In this document: positions 13,959 to 26,319 of the stretch, piece after piece
Position numbering within the stretch: position 1 is the first letter of the stretch
Layout of the letters: each line of letters starts with the position of its first letter
From: Raillietiella orientalis
Lineage: Eukaryota
Direction of reading: 5' to 3'
NCBI GenBank assembly: GCA_036172245.1
Contig: JAYWIR010000021.1
Coordinates: forward strand, 124,001 to 188,000
DNA: 64,000 nucleotides
The notes under the pieces: generated by a model
What the model was told of the DNA's origin: nothing
Database searches by the model: none
Seen by the model: the letters and a program-made list of their open reading frames with translations, nothing else
Translations under genes and position numbers: made by a program

Positions 13959-14599
13959 GACCGACGCCGAGAACGGGGTTGACTGACTGGGATCGAAACT
14001 GGATTCTCCGGGGTCCTTCCAGCAATCAAGGAGTCCTTCGGGGTTTCCCCCTCCAGTCGCGAAAATGGAGTCCTCCCCCTACCCCTATCCCCCCCCTTCC
14101 GCTCCCTTTCTCGAGGGGGATCCTTCATCGCCTATCCTGGAGCTGGTTGCCTCTCTAGTGAGTAAGAAGCGCTCTGCTCAATTCGGGGAGCGACCCTTCA
14201 GGGAAATTTGGAGGCGCCCTCCGGAGTTCTCTTCAGAGGAGGAGGAAACCAGGAGCACACCCTTTCGCAGTCCCCTTCGGAGAAGAAGTGAAGAGAGGTC
14301 CTCACAAACCATGGGATCCCTCCGGAGAGAATGAGGAAGGAAATTCCCTCCGACGTTCTCTCCCAGACGTGAGAGGAATGGACTCCTTCTTCCGGAGCCT
14401 TCCCGGTTCACAGGGTGGTCCTTCCGAGGTTACCCCCTATAACACTTGAAGAGTCACACGCACCCACGTGCGTTGTGGTCAGCGTTAGAGAGCTTCGTGA
14501 TACCCAGGCGAACGGCTTGAGTACTTGGCAACCCCCCCTCCCCTCCTTCCTTTAAAAAAAAAAGAAGAAGAAAGGAAGCTGGAAGGAAAGCAGCGAAAA

Positions 14600-15530
14600 T
14601 GGGAGAACCGAAAATCATTTTCATCGTCACCATGGACTGCTATTCACTGACATTTGGATTAGCAGCTTTCAAATCCTTCCTTCATGCAGCACGGAACGGG
14701 AATCAGCACTGGACCCGAAAGGTGCGCCAGAGATCCCACGAACCCATCCATATGGGTGTGGGACTTCTTGCCAAACAAATCATCTCTTGCGCTCATCGTT
14801 GGCTGGCAGGTTTTAGAAACGCTCCAGCGTGGTTGGAGTACGATGACACACGGAGAAGAAATCGATCCTCACGGAACCAGTTGTGTAACATGCATTCCGC
14901 TGATGCATACCAGAGAACACTAGGTGTCACCCTACAATCCAGGCAGTTAAACTTCCCGTTCATCTCGAGCTCACTGCCGACACATAAAGCAAAGTACTTC
15001 AAAGCAAAGGGTGTACACCGAGCCGAGTTGTGTTCGCTTGGCGAGAGGCCATCTTCCGCAGGAGCCGCTCTGCATCAGCTCAGCTGCCTGGGATCACGAA
15101 GCAGCATCGGAAGACTCTCTGTCTCCTTTCAGATTGGGCACCGCCAAGATTAACCATCTGGAAGCTGTGCACTCGCCTTGAGGTCGGTGCCTTAGGGTTT
15201 TGCAGCAGCACTTTTTGGCAGCGGACGGAGACTCCGCAACAAGCGAGTGAACAGGGCAGTCGGTTAGTGACACAGGGGCAGCAGAAAGCTTCTTCCCGAA
15301 AGGTCCTCAACTGGAGTTTGTCAAGCGCCTCCGGACCTCCGACGCCACTCGTGAAGCACTCCTGCGATCAGTGAGTGCTGCATGGCAGGCGCAGTTTCCG
15401 GCTTAGATTGCTTGCGCGCCTGCAGGAAAGTGAGAGCTGCCGTTTCTGTGACATTGCGGAAGACGCACTCCTGGGCGTGCAGATGTGTTGTCTCAATAAA
15501 TTGAGTCGCTGGTGGAGACTCAATTTGTTG
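14600..15530 (+). mobile_element. Decayed non-LTR retrotransposon (LINE) RT C-terminus and CCHC knuckle
   Basis: RTLGVTLQSRQLNF...HKAK (cf. KYLGVTLDSKLNF..HI...KA), an upstream W...IDP.GT (cf. W...INP.KT), and downstream SESCRFCDIAED (CxxC...E zinc-knuckle relic). Confidence 0.45.
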
Positions 15531-16849
15531 GGGGAGAGCAGGCAAGCAACAGCGTCTCTGATCAGGAAGGATGCCCGTGCACACCTGACCAGCACGGATA
15601 GCACACCGATGGACATCCTTCGATTCACGAATCCGCTACTTTGTGTCCGCATTTTTCCCTGAGGGCTTTGGACATGCCTCTCCCGGCAGCCCTCTATGCG
15701 GAAAGGGGTGCCTTTTTTCCCCTGTGCTTTGAAAGGGCACCGAACAGCGGCTGTTCAGAGTTCATGCATGGCATTAGAGTTCGTTTCCGTGCAACGAGTC
15801 CCAGCTGCCCACTTTCCGAGGCCCTCCCAGCAGTTATTCGTCCGCGAGACCTCGTCAGACACGGGCAGAACGGAACACCGTCGGATGAGTGTCTTTTCGA
15901 GTTCCTCCTTTCCCTGTCAAGGACAGAGGCCAAATTTCAAGGGGTCACGAAGCAGTCGTAGGAGCAGCCTTGTTTCTTTCTCAGGAAACTGCATCCCAGA
16001 GGGACACGGGTGGCGATTTCTGGATGTCGCGGGAGCGGAAACCCCTAGAGGGTCACTCCCACAGCTGCTCCTAAGCAACTCCCGCTCTTTTTGCATTGCC
16101 GTTCTTGGCTCGGTGCTTAGGTAAATACCGGCGCCTGGCAATGAAACAAACAGCTAATCGCGATGGCTGAGGATATGAAAACGAGTCGTGAGTTTGTGGG
16201 ATCTTTCCTCTCTGTTGCCGTACCTGTCGAAGCGATTTTCCGATGCCGAATCCACACCAGGCATAGAATCCAAGAAGCGCTCGTGCTAGAGCTAGGTGAT
16301 TTAAGAACATCCACGTTCCAAAGGTCGATCAAGACCACGTCCGTGCACGAAACCTCGCTTGCCTTTCTGGAACGCATTCTCGTTTCGAAATGCTCCTCTT
16401 GTCCGTTGCAATCAGTTGCCATAGCGAATTCAACGCGTTCAGGTTCGCGAGACAATCCAAGTTTTGGATGCCGCAGGCGAAGACCGCGAAACAGAGCGCG
16501 AGTTGTGAGGCATTCTTTTCTATTTCGAGATGGCTCCAGCATCTTCACGGAACGGAAGATTGCGCTATCAAAAGAAGTTCCTCGCGAACGCAGTACACGA
16601 TTCGAGACAAGACACAGGAAGCTGTGCACTACTCCTGAACTCATCCGACATTGCGATTACCACCGGAAAGACGCGCACTCTTCATCACTCACGGTCTCGC
16701 TTAGATGCCAAGTGCGGTGCAGTACATCGGCAAAAAGAGGAATATCCCAAGAAAACAAGTCAGCTGCTCCCGGAACCAAAAGCATAGATGATTACTTGAC
16801 CTGACAGCAACCAAGGTACACTTTCTCGTGCCCTCACAAGTAGGGGCCT

Positions 16850-18210
16850 CCGATGTTTGAATTGCTCGCCTCGAACTCTTCCGTCTCGCTCTGGATATAG
16901 AAAAGCAGTGCTTGGAGAGCGCTGCCATAAGCGAAATAGCAAAGAGTACGACATCCCAGCAAAGTTCTCGAGTATTGGCAGATACTTAGGAAAGACGGAA
17001 CCGTGAGTTTTCTGCAAGGACACAAATGTGACCTGAAAAAGGTCATCCATTTACCTGGAAGTGTTTCAGCGAGTGTGAGAACTGAAAACGACATCGGCAT
17101 CGAAAGGAATAGAATTCCGTGGACTTGGTAAACCTCGAACTCTTGGCTCCTATAAGGCTTCATTTTCCTAAGGCCTTTTAAGATGAGCTTCTTTGAGATG
17201 TTTCTTAAGAGTCTCGTTTTCCTCGCGCGAGATGTCCCTGAGGAAACATCTCAGGTATGCAAACAAGGTCACTAGCGGCAGTACAACCTTCCACTACAGA
17301 CGCTCTACGAGTGCAAAGTTTCTCGGAGGCTCTTAAGACTTCCCTGTGCGCAGTTTTCTATACGCGCCGCATATGCATTCACTTGTATGTGTTTCGGTGC
17401 GCAGCGCAAGTGCCTGCCTGCAAGCAGAAAGGAACGGAGGAGAGCATGTCATTTCTAGATGGCGATCGAAGACGTCGGTTCCCATGTAGCTTGAACTGTG
17501 TCGACCGCAGAGAAACTTTGGTCCAGTGCCCAGTCCCCGAGAATGCTGATCCACGTCACTAGCACCTTGTGCATCGGCAGACGTAATCGCTGATGCGATG
17601 GACCAGCCACTACCCCTAAACAGCTCATCTCATGAACTTTGCCATCGCTGGCCTCACGTTTACCATCCAAAAAAGAAGCACGCGATCAAATCGTTTCTGC
17701 AAGTTGAGAATCGCGTTCCACCAAGCGTGCATGCTGTGGAAACTCACGCCACGAAATTTCGCGTGCAATTAAAAGCACTGCTGGCCCTCACAATAAACAC
17801 TTAAACACTCAGCGAGGGGAGATGTTTCCAGAAAGAGATGTGCTTCCGGAATTGCTCCCTCCTATTGACGCACAGTAAGACGGGAGATTACCGAACGGCT
17901 CTCAACCTGAGAGTCACTCAGTGAAGTGAGCGATGGCGACATGGAACATTGGTGACATACCCATCCCATCGTGGTCAGTTTCCCGTTCTCCACATATTCC
18001 CGGACGGATGCTCCATGCAGTTGCGTTGACGTGAAGCGTGAATTTAATCTCTGGTTTTTACAATACGAATGACGCACTATGAGATAATTTTTAATCATTG
18101 ATGCAGCAAGGAGAAAATGGAAAGTACTCAACTTGGTCCTCATGTTGTTTCTTTCAAGTGCTTTTCCATCTAAGGACTTGGACAAAACGTGGGACTTCCA
18201 ATAACTTAGA
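16850..18210 (-). mobile_element. Decayed Ty3/Gypsy pol (RT end to integrase core)
   Basis: On minus: VIGSPTF..KALERNNMRTKLSTFHF...IKNYL (RT C-terminus), then PYRSQEFEVYQVHGI...AE (rve integrase, cf. P.F.S.EF..F...GI....P....NG.AE) and KYLP...FAYGSALQ (cf. LP..LFAYRS..Q). Confidence 0.55.
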
Positions 18211-18889
18211 AGGGTCTATTTCTGCTTACAGGCTGCGTTGAATACCTGCAACTACTTATCTACAATTAACTAACCTTAGAACAACTTACGTCGTGTGTTG
18301 AAGATAAGACGCCATCATCGGGTCCGCAAATTGGTCTTAAGAGTTTACGGTGAAAGAATCAAAGCCGAAACACAATCCGAGTCGATCACCTCATCTTGAA
18401 TGTGCAGTGCAAATCACAGTGCAGGCTCTGAGATTTCACTGATGATCACAGAGATTTCTGCCTCTAAGATGGAAAGCTTTAAAGTACTAGTAAGTTCATT
18501 GGTTCACTCGGGAGGCTGTCTGTAGCACTCTTCAAGAAGACTTTTCCTTTTCTGTTCGCAGACCGAAACCAAGTGTCGAAATCGATACAGAAAAAAGATG
18601 CCGGCCGTGGCAACAACTGTAACGATTCGGATTTTTTTTGACCGCATTTCTGATGAAGCCTTGCTCTTCTGCAGCAAAGTCCCTTTTCGTCGATATTGCT
18701 CTGGTTTTCGGAAGGTGATGGCAGGAAAAAGCTCTCACGCTTTTTCTAGACGCAAGTTACCAAGTGTCGGGTAGCATCGCTGCTTTCTTCTATGAATGGG
18801 GCAGGAAGCAAGAGCTTCGAAACAGCAGCACTGGATATCATGAAACTGTGAAACGTTCTCTGCTCTGAGTGGATGGCGTGCTCACTAAT

Positions 18890-19575
18890 GATGATGTGTC
18901 TTATTGGTGGAATGAGCACCCAGAATCAGCAAAAATGGTAGCAAATTGAAAAATAATTGCTCCTCAAGTCGGATACGACTTCTAAGAATGGACCAGAACA
19001 GTCATTTCGTGAGAAGATCAAGAAAAAATAAAACAGGGACCATCTGAAGGCTTACGGTTTACTCCTTTCTGAGTAGCATCCAGCAATTTTACAGAGAACC
19101 TCGCCGGTCCCAAGTAGGCCTTTCTGTTTTTCGAAATTATTTCAGCGGTTACTGGATGACCATATGAGTCGAAGGTAAAAACATGAGCGAAGCAGAATTC
19201 CTCCCTTCGCTTGTGCTATAAACGAGTAAGTTTAACCGATCAGTTTTCCTTAGATTCTGTTACATTCTGTTGCATTATGGAGCGACGCTCTGCAACGAGT
19301 AGAAGCATGGAATTCCAAGAAGCATCTATACAGAGAATTGCATCGGGAACCATCTCAGCGGAGGTTACAGTAGCTGAGCCGAGGAAAAGGGCCATTGGAG
19401 GAACCGATTGCCGAATTTGCTGGCACCTTGGGTCAACGAGCCAAGCAATTCGGTCCTTATCACGGATTAGCAAATATTCCACTATCACTCTTTCCTCTGT
19501 TAAAGCTAGGAGCTCGCCGGATGGGCCCATTTCACGAGAAGGGATGCCCTTTCCAAAGAATTGGATCTGCAAAGT
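18890..19575 (-). mobile_element. pogo/Fot1-like (CENP-B HTH + DDE_1) transposase relic
   Basis: ORF 19240-19572 has GP...LTEERVIVEYL...IR...AE..S...NVTE (CENP-B-type HTH). Downstream LPFLLILGAHST at ~18905-18943 resembles the DDE_1 motif P.LLILDGH.SH. Confidence 0.55.
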
Positions 19576-22100
19576 GATGCAACATGCCTGAGCACAAGAA
19601 AGGGAAGTGCCATGCTGTCCTCTCCGGATTCTTGGGAACGAGATACCGGAGGCGAGTCTACGCTATCCCGATTGGGAAACAAACGGGCATCACCCTCCCT
19701 TTGCCAGATGGCAAGGCTGATAGTGACGGCAGTGCCGAGGGACCGAGAGTGAAAACGAGGTCCCTACTCTTGGGTACCGCTGCGAGGAGGACGGATGTCA
19801 TCGAATGGATACACACGCTAGCAAGACAAAGTGCACTGCAGCGGACGAGACCTCCAGAGAAACACCCTTTCTTTCGAAGGCTTTCTCGACTAGGACGCCG
19901 TGACACATGTGTGAGACGCAGATTCTCGAGACCGCTGACCTGGACAGCTCAGGCACAGAAAAGCACACGGGGTTAGATTCCGTCACAATCACAAGTTCCC
20001 TATTCCGTTCGATCGGTATGAAAATGAGCTTCAGGGGCAGCAGTTTTGCTTATGACAGGGTAGTTGTGAGCACGTGCGAGAGAAGAGCGCAGCCTCCTCG
20101 TCCCACAGTGAATTCCATCATCCGTGTGTTACCTTGGTCGTGTGGGCTGGAAAAACGAGATGGAATAAATAGAGATTTCCACTTTTCAAATAGGGAGAAT
20201 GTTCAGAGCAATGGAAAATTCTGCATATTCATCAAGTTGGAAATTTCAGGAAAGATAAAAATTCTCAACAAGAAATCGACAAAGCTAATCTGCAGTCGAC
20301 TGAGTTTATCGTAAAAATGATGCAGTGAGGGAAGAGAAGTCACGGTGAATTCGTAAACACAGTAATGCAGGGCTTTCTTCGATGCTGAGGTTCCGTCCGT
20401 GTGAAGCAAACAAAATGACCTTGACGATGCAGTGCCGGTTATTCCATATGTTACTTCAGTAGTAAAAAATAACCACGAGGAACTATTTCTCAGACTAATT
20501 CCTTGGTTTCGACACACACGGATGGTGAAATAAAAAAAGCCATTTATAAATGAAGAAATAATGCATTCAGGTTCTTTTATAGGAGCAGTATATTTGACCT
20601 CGCTGGATTTTTAAAAGATTTGTCCTCGAGTCAGGTCCCCGTCCAAAGACATGGCGCCACAAATTAGCTCTTCGGAATTTCTCCCAATCATATCATTTGA
20701 ATTATCTTCTGAGACGCTTCACACTTCCCAGTTGTCACCTTTTCATTCTTAAAGTGAACTCATCGACGGTCTGAATGCCTACCTTCTCCATTAGAACGGC
20801 ATGTTTTTGAGGAAACTCTTGTCCTATTCGTCTCTACAACCCATCTTTCCTCAATGCAAAGTGCTGCTGGTGAACAAATAGTTTTAAAATCCATTTTTGG
20901 CTAAAGCTTTTCAAGCTCAGGCATCCATTAAAACACTTGAAGCACTCGATCTCAGAGCTATGTTGCAGGCATACGAATCCGACAAAAGGGATGGAGCAGT
21001 TTTTGCACCGAAAGCATGCGTGCTAGTGATAGAAAATTCGGCGGGAACGCCACAGATGATGCACCCATTCATGAAATGGTGAATTACTAAGAACTCGCAA
21101 AATTTATCCGAGTATTATACAGTAGCTTCACTTGAGCAAACTGTAATTTGAGGAAGGCAGCAGCAAAGAGCAGAGCGTGGAGCAGCAAAACCGAGAGGAG
21201 TTGCCTACGAAAAGTGGAACTTTGGCTGAGGGGACCTTGAAATATGCGTGTAGAGTTATCTTGCCACGAGGGCCCAAGTGGGCAAATCAGAAACTCTAGA
21301 AAAAGGTCCACTGTGCTTTGGAAATGCCTGCATTCTGGAATTGCAGGAGGGTCCAAACACTGGCCTTACAAGCCACATAAGTAGAGGTAGGAGGATGGCA
21401 ATAGGATGTACTGGATGAAACACTGCGGTCTCTCAGTCATGGATCCATGAATTCCTTACTAACAACCATTGAAACTATAAAGAAAACACTACACGTCAAA
21501 AGCAGACTTCTTAATTTGAGGAACGGAACCTTCAACCTGCAAACGGCAAACAGCAGCACGCTATCGCAGCATAAAAGTGCCAAGTACAGCCTGTGACTGA
21601 TAGAATATGAAATATTCAGAAACTGAAAATTCACGTTTCAATATAAACTCAAGTCAAGCACACTATAGTGTATTTTAGACTTACATTACAGACTATTTAC
21701 ACAGCCTAATACATCACGCACTAATCGTTGCTTACGGCTTGTGGGCTCCTCAAAGTTTCGAGAAGGCGCCAAGGTTCAGAGCAGCACCACTTCAGGCATG
21801 GCTTGCAACAAAACATCTCCACAACACTCATTCAAAGACTAAATTCACCCGTTCGTTATAAATTCCCTGGCGAAAATTGTCTGGCGAGGGCAAACAGCAG
21901 GAACCGGGGGGCATTCTCTGCTCGGCCACCCTGCCTGGAATGAGGGTTCCTTCGTGCATTGCTGGAGGCACTCGGGGACTTCCATATGCCTCGAGTAGGA
22001 GATTTTTCCTACATGCAAAATTCACATGGAAAATCGAATTTTCGTGGAAAGTGAATGATTTTTTTCTAAAAAATCTTTTCGTTCTCAAACGAGGCAGGAA

Positions 22101-23472
22101 TCATATAAGGATATCAGGAAACTCAATCTGACCTAAACTATGTTTTCGCGTTTTGTGGAAAAACCAGTGGTGGCAGACGTGGCTACAAATTCCATCCAGT
22201 ACACCATAGGGAATATGCAGGCTTCGAAAATGCTCAGCATATGGACACACATCCATTCTTAAAATAGAGGAAATGAAGGGACTGTGGTTTTCTATCGTGA
22301 ATTTGCTGCTGGAACAGCCAAAATGTTTCACAGCCAAGAGCGTGGACGAGGCAGAACTTTGCTGTCCACGGAGTGTGCCTTCACCAAGTATGCCTATCGG
22401 CAGCAGGAAAAATCTCAATTCCCGTTTCAAAAACGATATTATGCATGAGCGACACGACGGATCAGAAGTTACAGATGATGGAAATTTCGAGGCTGGCAAG
22501 GAAGAGACGATTTCTTAATCACAAATCAGTTCAGCAGCTTTCATTCATGACGAGCAGAAATTGTGAACGGTTCAGTCTCTCGCGAAATATGAGCCCTCCT
22601 CAATGCTCTCCTGGCTTTCACAGATTTGATCCTCCGTACCAAAGACTTGCTGTGGGCTTGCAATACTTATACACTTGACCACAGCATCCTGTCCAGAATA
22701 ATAAAGGTACCATAAGAAAGTCAATGAAAGGATGCTACAGTAAAAAAATTTTATTAATAAGAAGCAGAAGTTCAATCTGAAGATTCTAATGAAGAGAAGC
22801 TAATAACCAATGCTGCATTTCAGTGAATTCAAATGGTCAAATTGTGTCTATGTCACCAATCAGGATCCCAGTGAAAATGTCAAGGAATCCCAAGGATCAT
22901 GCACTCTTGAAATTTTCCTCAACCAAGCCATGTAAGGGGAAGTGAAGCAGTGTCAACCTTAGTTTTCAATAGCCAAGTTTAGTTCTGGGTTTTCTTATAG
23001 AGTCCGTGCTGGAAACCTTTACTATCCAGAAATATTGAAGTCCAGGCAAGCTCAATTTGTTAACCAACCAAAAAGTTACCTTGATAACAAATAACAGATC
23101 ACAGCAGGCACAGCTGATACAGTAGCTTACCAAAAATCCAAAATAAGGAATTCAGGATATTCTTCACAAAACAATGCACACTGTTATTTCAAACTTCAAA
23201 ACAGTGGATTCCATTAGCATCATTTTCATTTAAATTGAATCACAAATCTGAAATGTCTGACCTAACCAGACCTGAAAACTGCTCAACTTCCAAGTCCAGA
23301 AAATCCAGACTTACAATGCCAAAGTAATGATAAAACTGCAGATTTTTTGTATGCTTGAGATGTGTGTGTGGTTGTTAGACTCACAAAATGCATTCTACCA
23401 GATGTGAAGCACATATTAGTTGAGTATTCTTTCTTGATCACATACTTCTTGATCTTTTCCTGATCATTCTTT
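22101..23472 (-). CDS. Candidate 3' exons of an unidentified spliced gene (23472-23385, 22688-22640, 22132-22101)
   Basis: Canonical AG/GT sites with compatible phases give ...KNDQEKIKKYVIKKEYSTNMCFTSGRMHF/DAVVKCISIASPQQVFG/QIEFPDILI*. No family recognised; could be chance in AT-rich DNA. Confidence 0.25.
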
Positions 23473-26319
23473 CTGAAGCAAACAACACATGAACTTCTAG
23501 GAATGCAGACTCTAGTTAATACATGGCTGCTGTATGTTATAACAGAATTAAAAGCTGTACACTTTCGGGAGTTTTACATCAGAGTTACATGATTTAAACT
23601 CTGATGGCTAAATTCTTGGTAAACTCTGCAATTTTTTCCAATTAGATCAGGGATTCATAAAAATTTGGAAAACTGCAAAAGAATTTCGTAAGGGTTAAAA
23701 TGGAATGGTCGTCAGAAACCAAATATGAGCTTTGATTTGATTTTTCACAAAAGTAAACGAACAAACAACAGGCAATGTGTGCACTGGAAATTTCAATAGA
23801 AACCAAGATGCCAATTCTCAATTTTCGACCTCGTGGTTGCATAAGTAGATTTGTACATACCAAACATTTACACATCAGATAATATCTATCCTCAAAAACA
23901 TCTATGGACAGGAAGCACCACAGAATTGCATCAAAATAATTACATCTGAATTATTATTCAAATGGATACTAACTACAAACTGAGGTGTAAATGCTCCTAC
24001 GAAATCTCACATGCTTATCCGTGTAGTTTGCTCACAAAAGTGAAAATGATGAAAGCAGCCAATGAAGAAAAACCATTCCAAAGAGGAAAACTAAAAGATT
24101 GCCTTATTAATAAAGAAACTCCATATGTTTGGAATTCTTTCTGAATGACTCATAGGCGCATTCTAAGCAATTACATGTTTAGGATAAATACACCTAATTT
24201 TTCCTTCATGGTGGTCCGACAAAATCTCCATTTTTTACAAGTGAGAGTTGATTCAAACCTTCCAAAATAACACAGTCTAGTTGGAACAGGAATTGCCGTC
24301 CCACAGGCGATGTTCGGCGAAGTCTTTTATCAGACTACTGCTTAACCAGCGCCTGCACAGCCCAGCCCTGCCTCAGTTTCAGATGCTACAAACAAAGGTG
24401 CACATCCAAAGGTATCCCAAGGAGCACAGCTGGGAGCTGAAGGAGGGGCACGGCTGGAAAAAAACGCTAAGGAAGGGAAACACACTCACCATAGTCTTAT
24501 GGATTGAGGATCCGTGCCACCAACGAGGAACCCTGGGGATCCCCTTTCCCTGGCTTCCCCGATTGGCAACGGGAGCGTTGCTTCTGGAGCACAGCATCAG
24601 CAGCACGAACCACATCGTCGGCGGGCCGAGAGATTCCTCGCCAGGACGCTGCCAGCCGCGCCGACTGCACCTTTCGGCATCCTCTAAACTGAGAAATCCC
24701 ATGCCCAAGGCTCGTGTGGCCTGCAGAGACGACTGCACCAATCCTTGCACTTGCAGGGAATTCCTCCGTCTGTGTCTCTTGACCTTCGTGGGCGGTACAT
24801 TTCTTCTTCTTCTTCTTCAAACCGCAGGTGCATCTACGTAGAGGACGACAGCCCTTCAGAGAGACGCTCAGTGAGCCCCTCCAGAGCACAGTTTCCATGT
24901 AAGCAGGTGAATTGCAAAGATGCTGCACAGCAAAGTATGGCTTTGGAATGTGTTCATGATGATACGTTGCATGCGTGGTGCATTAGTTATGTACAATGCA
25001 CTCGGAACACAGTGACGTACGGCTTTTTTACCCTGTCTCCTGAGGTGGAGTACTAAGGAGACGGGGCTTTTATTCACCTTTGTTCCACTTTCGAGATATC
25101 GAAAATATCTTCACTCCCTTGAACTTGGCACGACCGTCTGCAACATTTTGCCTAAAAGAAAAGGGCAAAGTGTCTCTGTCCCTTTTCCATTCTCACCTTC
25201 GCACCTGTCTTCTTGGTTCTCAAGTGATGAAGATCCTCACGAACTCCGCATCGAGTGCGGAGAGCACATTTCGACAAACGTCAAGAGTGTTCCTTTTCGA
25301 GGTAGCCGGAACGATTCTTGAAGCTGGATTTTCTCCTTCTCTGCAGACTTTTTCTTCCCAAAGCGGTGCTTGAAGATGATTCTGCAGGTTGCCATCGTGA
25401 CTGGACAGTGCAGTATGGGATCAAATTGGTTTTACCTCACTGGAGACTCAGCTATAACTCGGGAAACTTGGGTCACCTCATATGAAGTAGTAACTCCAAA
25501 GTTTTCAAATCGTGAATGTAAACGACTCCATTAGCACTAATTCTCAGATGAGTGAGTGGTAGAGGTGCGAGTAAGTGTGTGTGACCAGCAGAGACATTCT
25601 TAGGTGCTAATTTGCACTCAACTCGTGAAACGGATCCTTGGGTTTTTTATTATCCATGTTTTTCCATTGGCTGTGCATTTAATGTTGGGAAAGTCTTTTA
25701 AAGTGTTGACTCCCACATCTCAAGAATCACCATATTTCATTTTTTTTTTTTTTTTGCTATAACTACGATGTGTTTGAAAGATTTCTATAAAAGAATGCAA
25801 GGGGAGGGGGGGGATGTAACTCAATTCCCAGCAGAAGATAAAAATGAGATCGTTTGCTGAGTTTCCTCCAAGAAACTTTGCTCCACGAAGCACAGCGTTT
25901 CCTGCGGATGCACAGATGTTAGTTGGGTTGGTGGCCGACAGTTTTTTTGAGCTATTGCTTTTAGCTGTTAGCCTGAAAGTATATCTTCATAATCTCGAAG
26001 CAATGTAGACTTCCTTCCTCTAATATAATAATCGATAAACCCTGCGATCCAGGACATTTACCGTTCTTCTTATTTTTAAAAAGATTCATCGATTTTCGAA
26101 TTCCTACAATTTTTCAGTAGCAAAGGGCACTTTCTAAGTTTCCCCTCAGCTATTCCAACAGTTTTCGTCTTTCCGTTGAAACTCAGCCACACCAGGCTTG
26201 TGCAGAATCTGAAGCTGAATCATGGAGTTGCCCTGGAATACCGACATTCCTCATGAGCATCGGAATCAATGGCACTCAGCTCTTTTGAGATGGATGTGTA
26301 TAAAGCAAGTGGAAGCTCT

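Noticed and set aside
12918..13982. 354-aa ORF, the longest in the track
   Set aside because: Arg/Ser-rich, no recognisable domain, non-ATG start, runs through a poly-A tract; looks like a chance frame.
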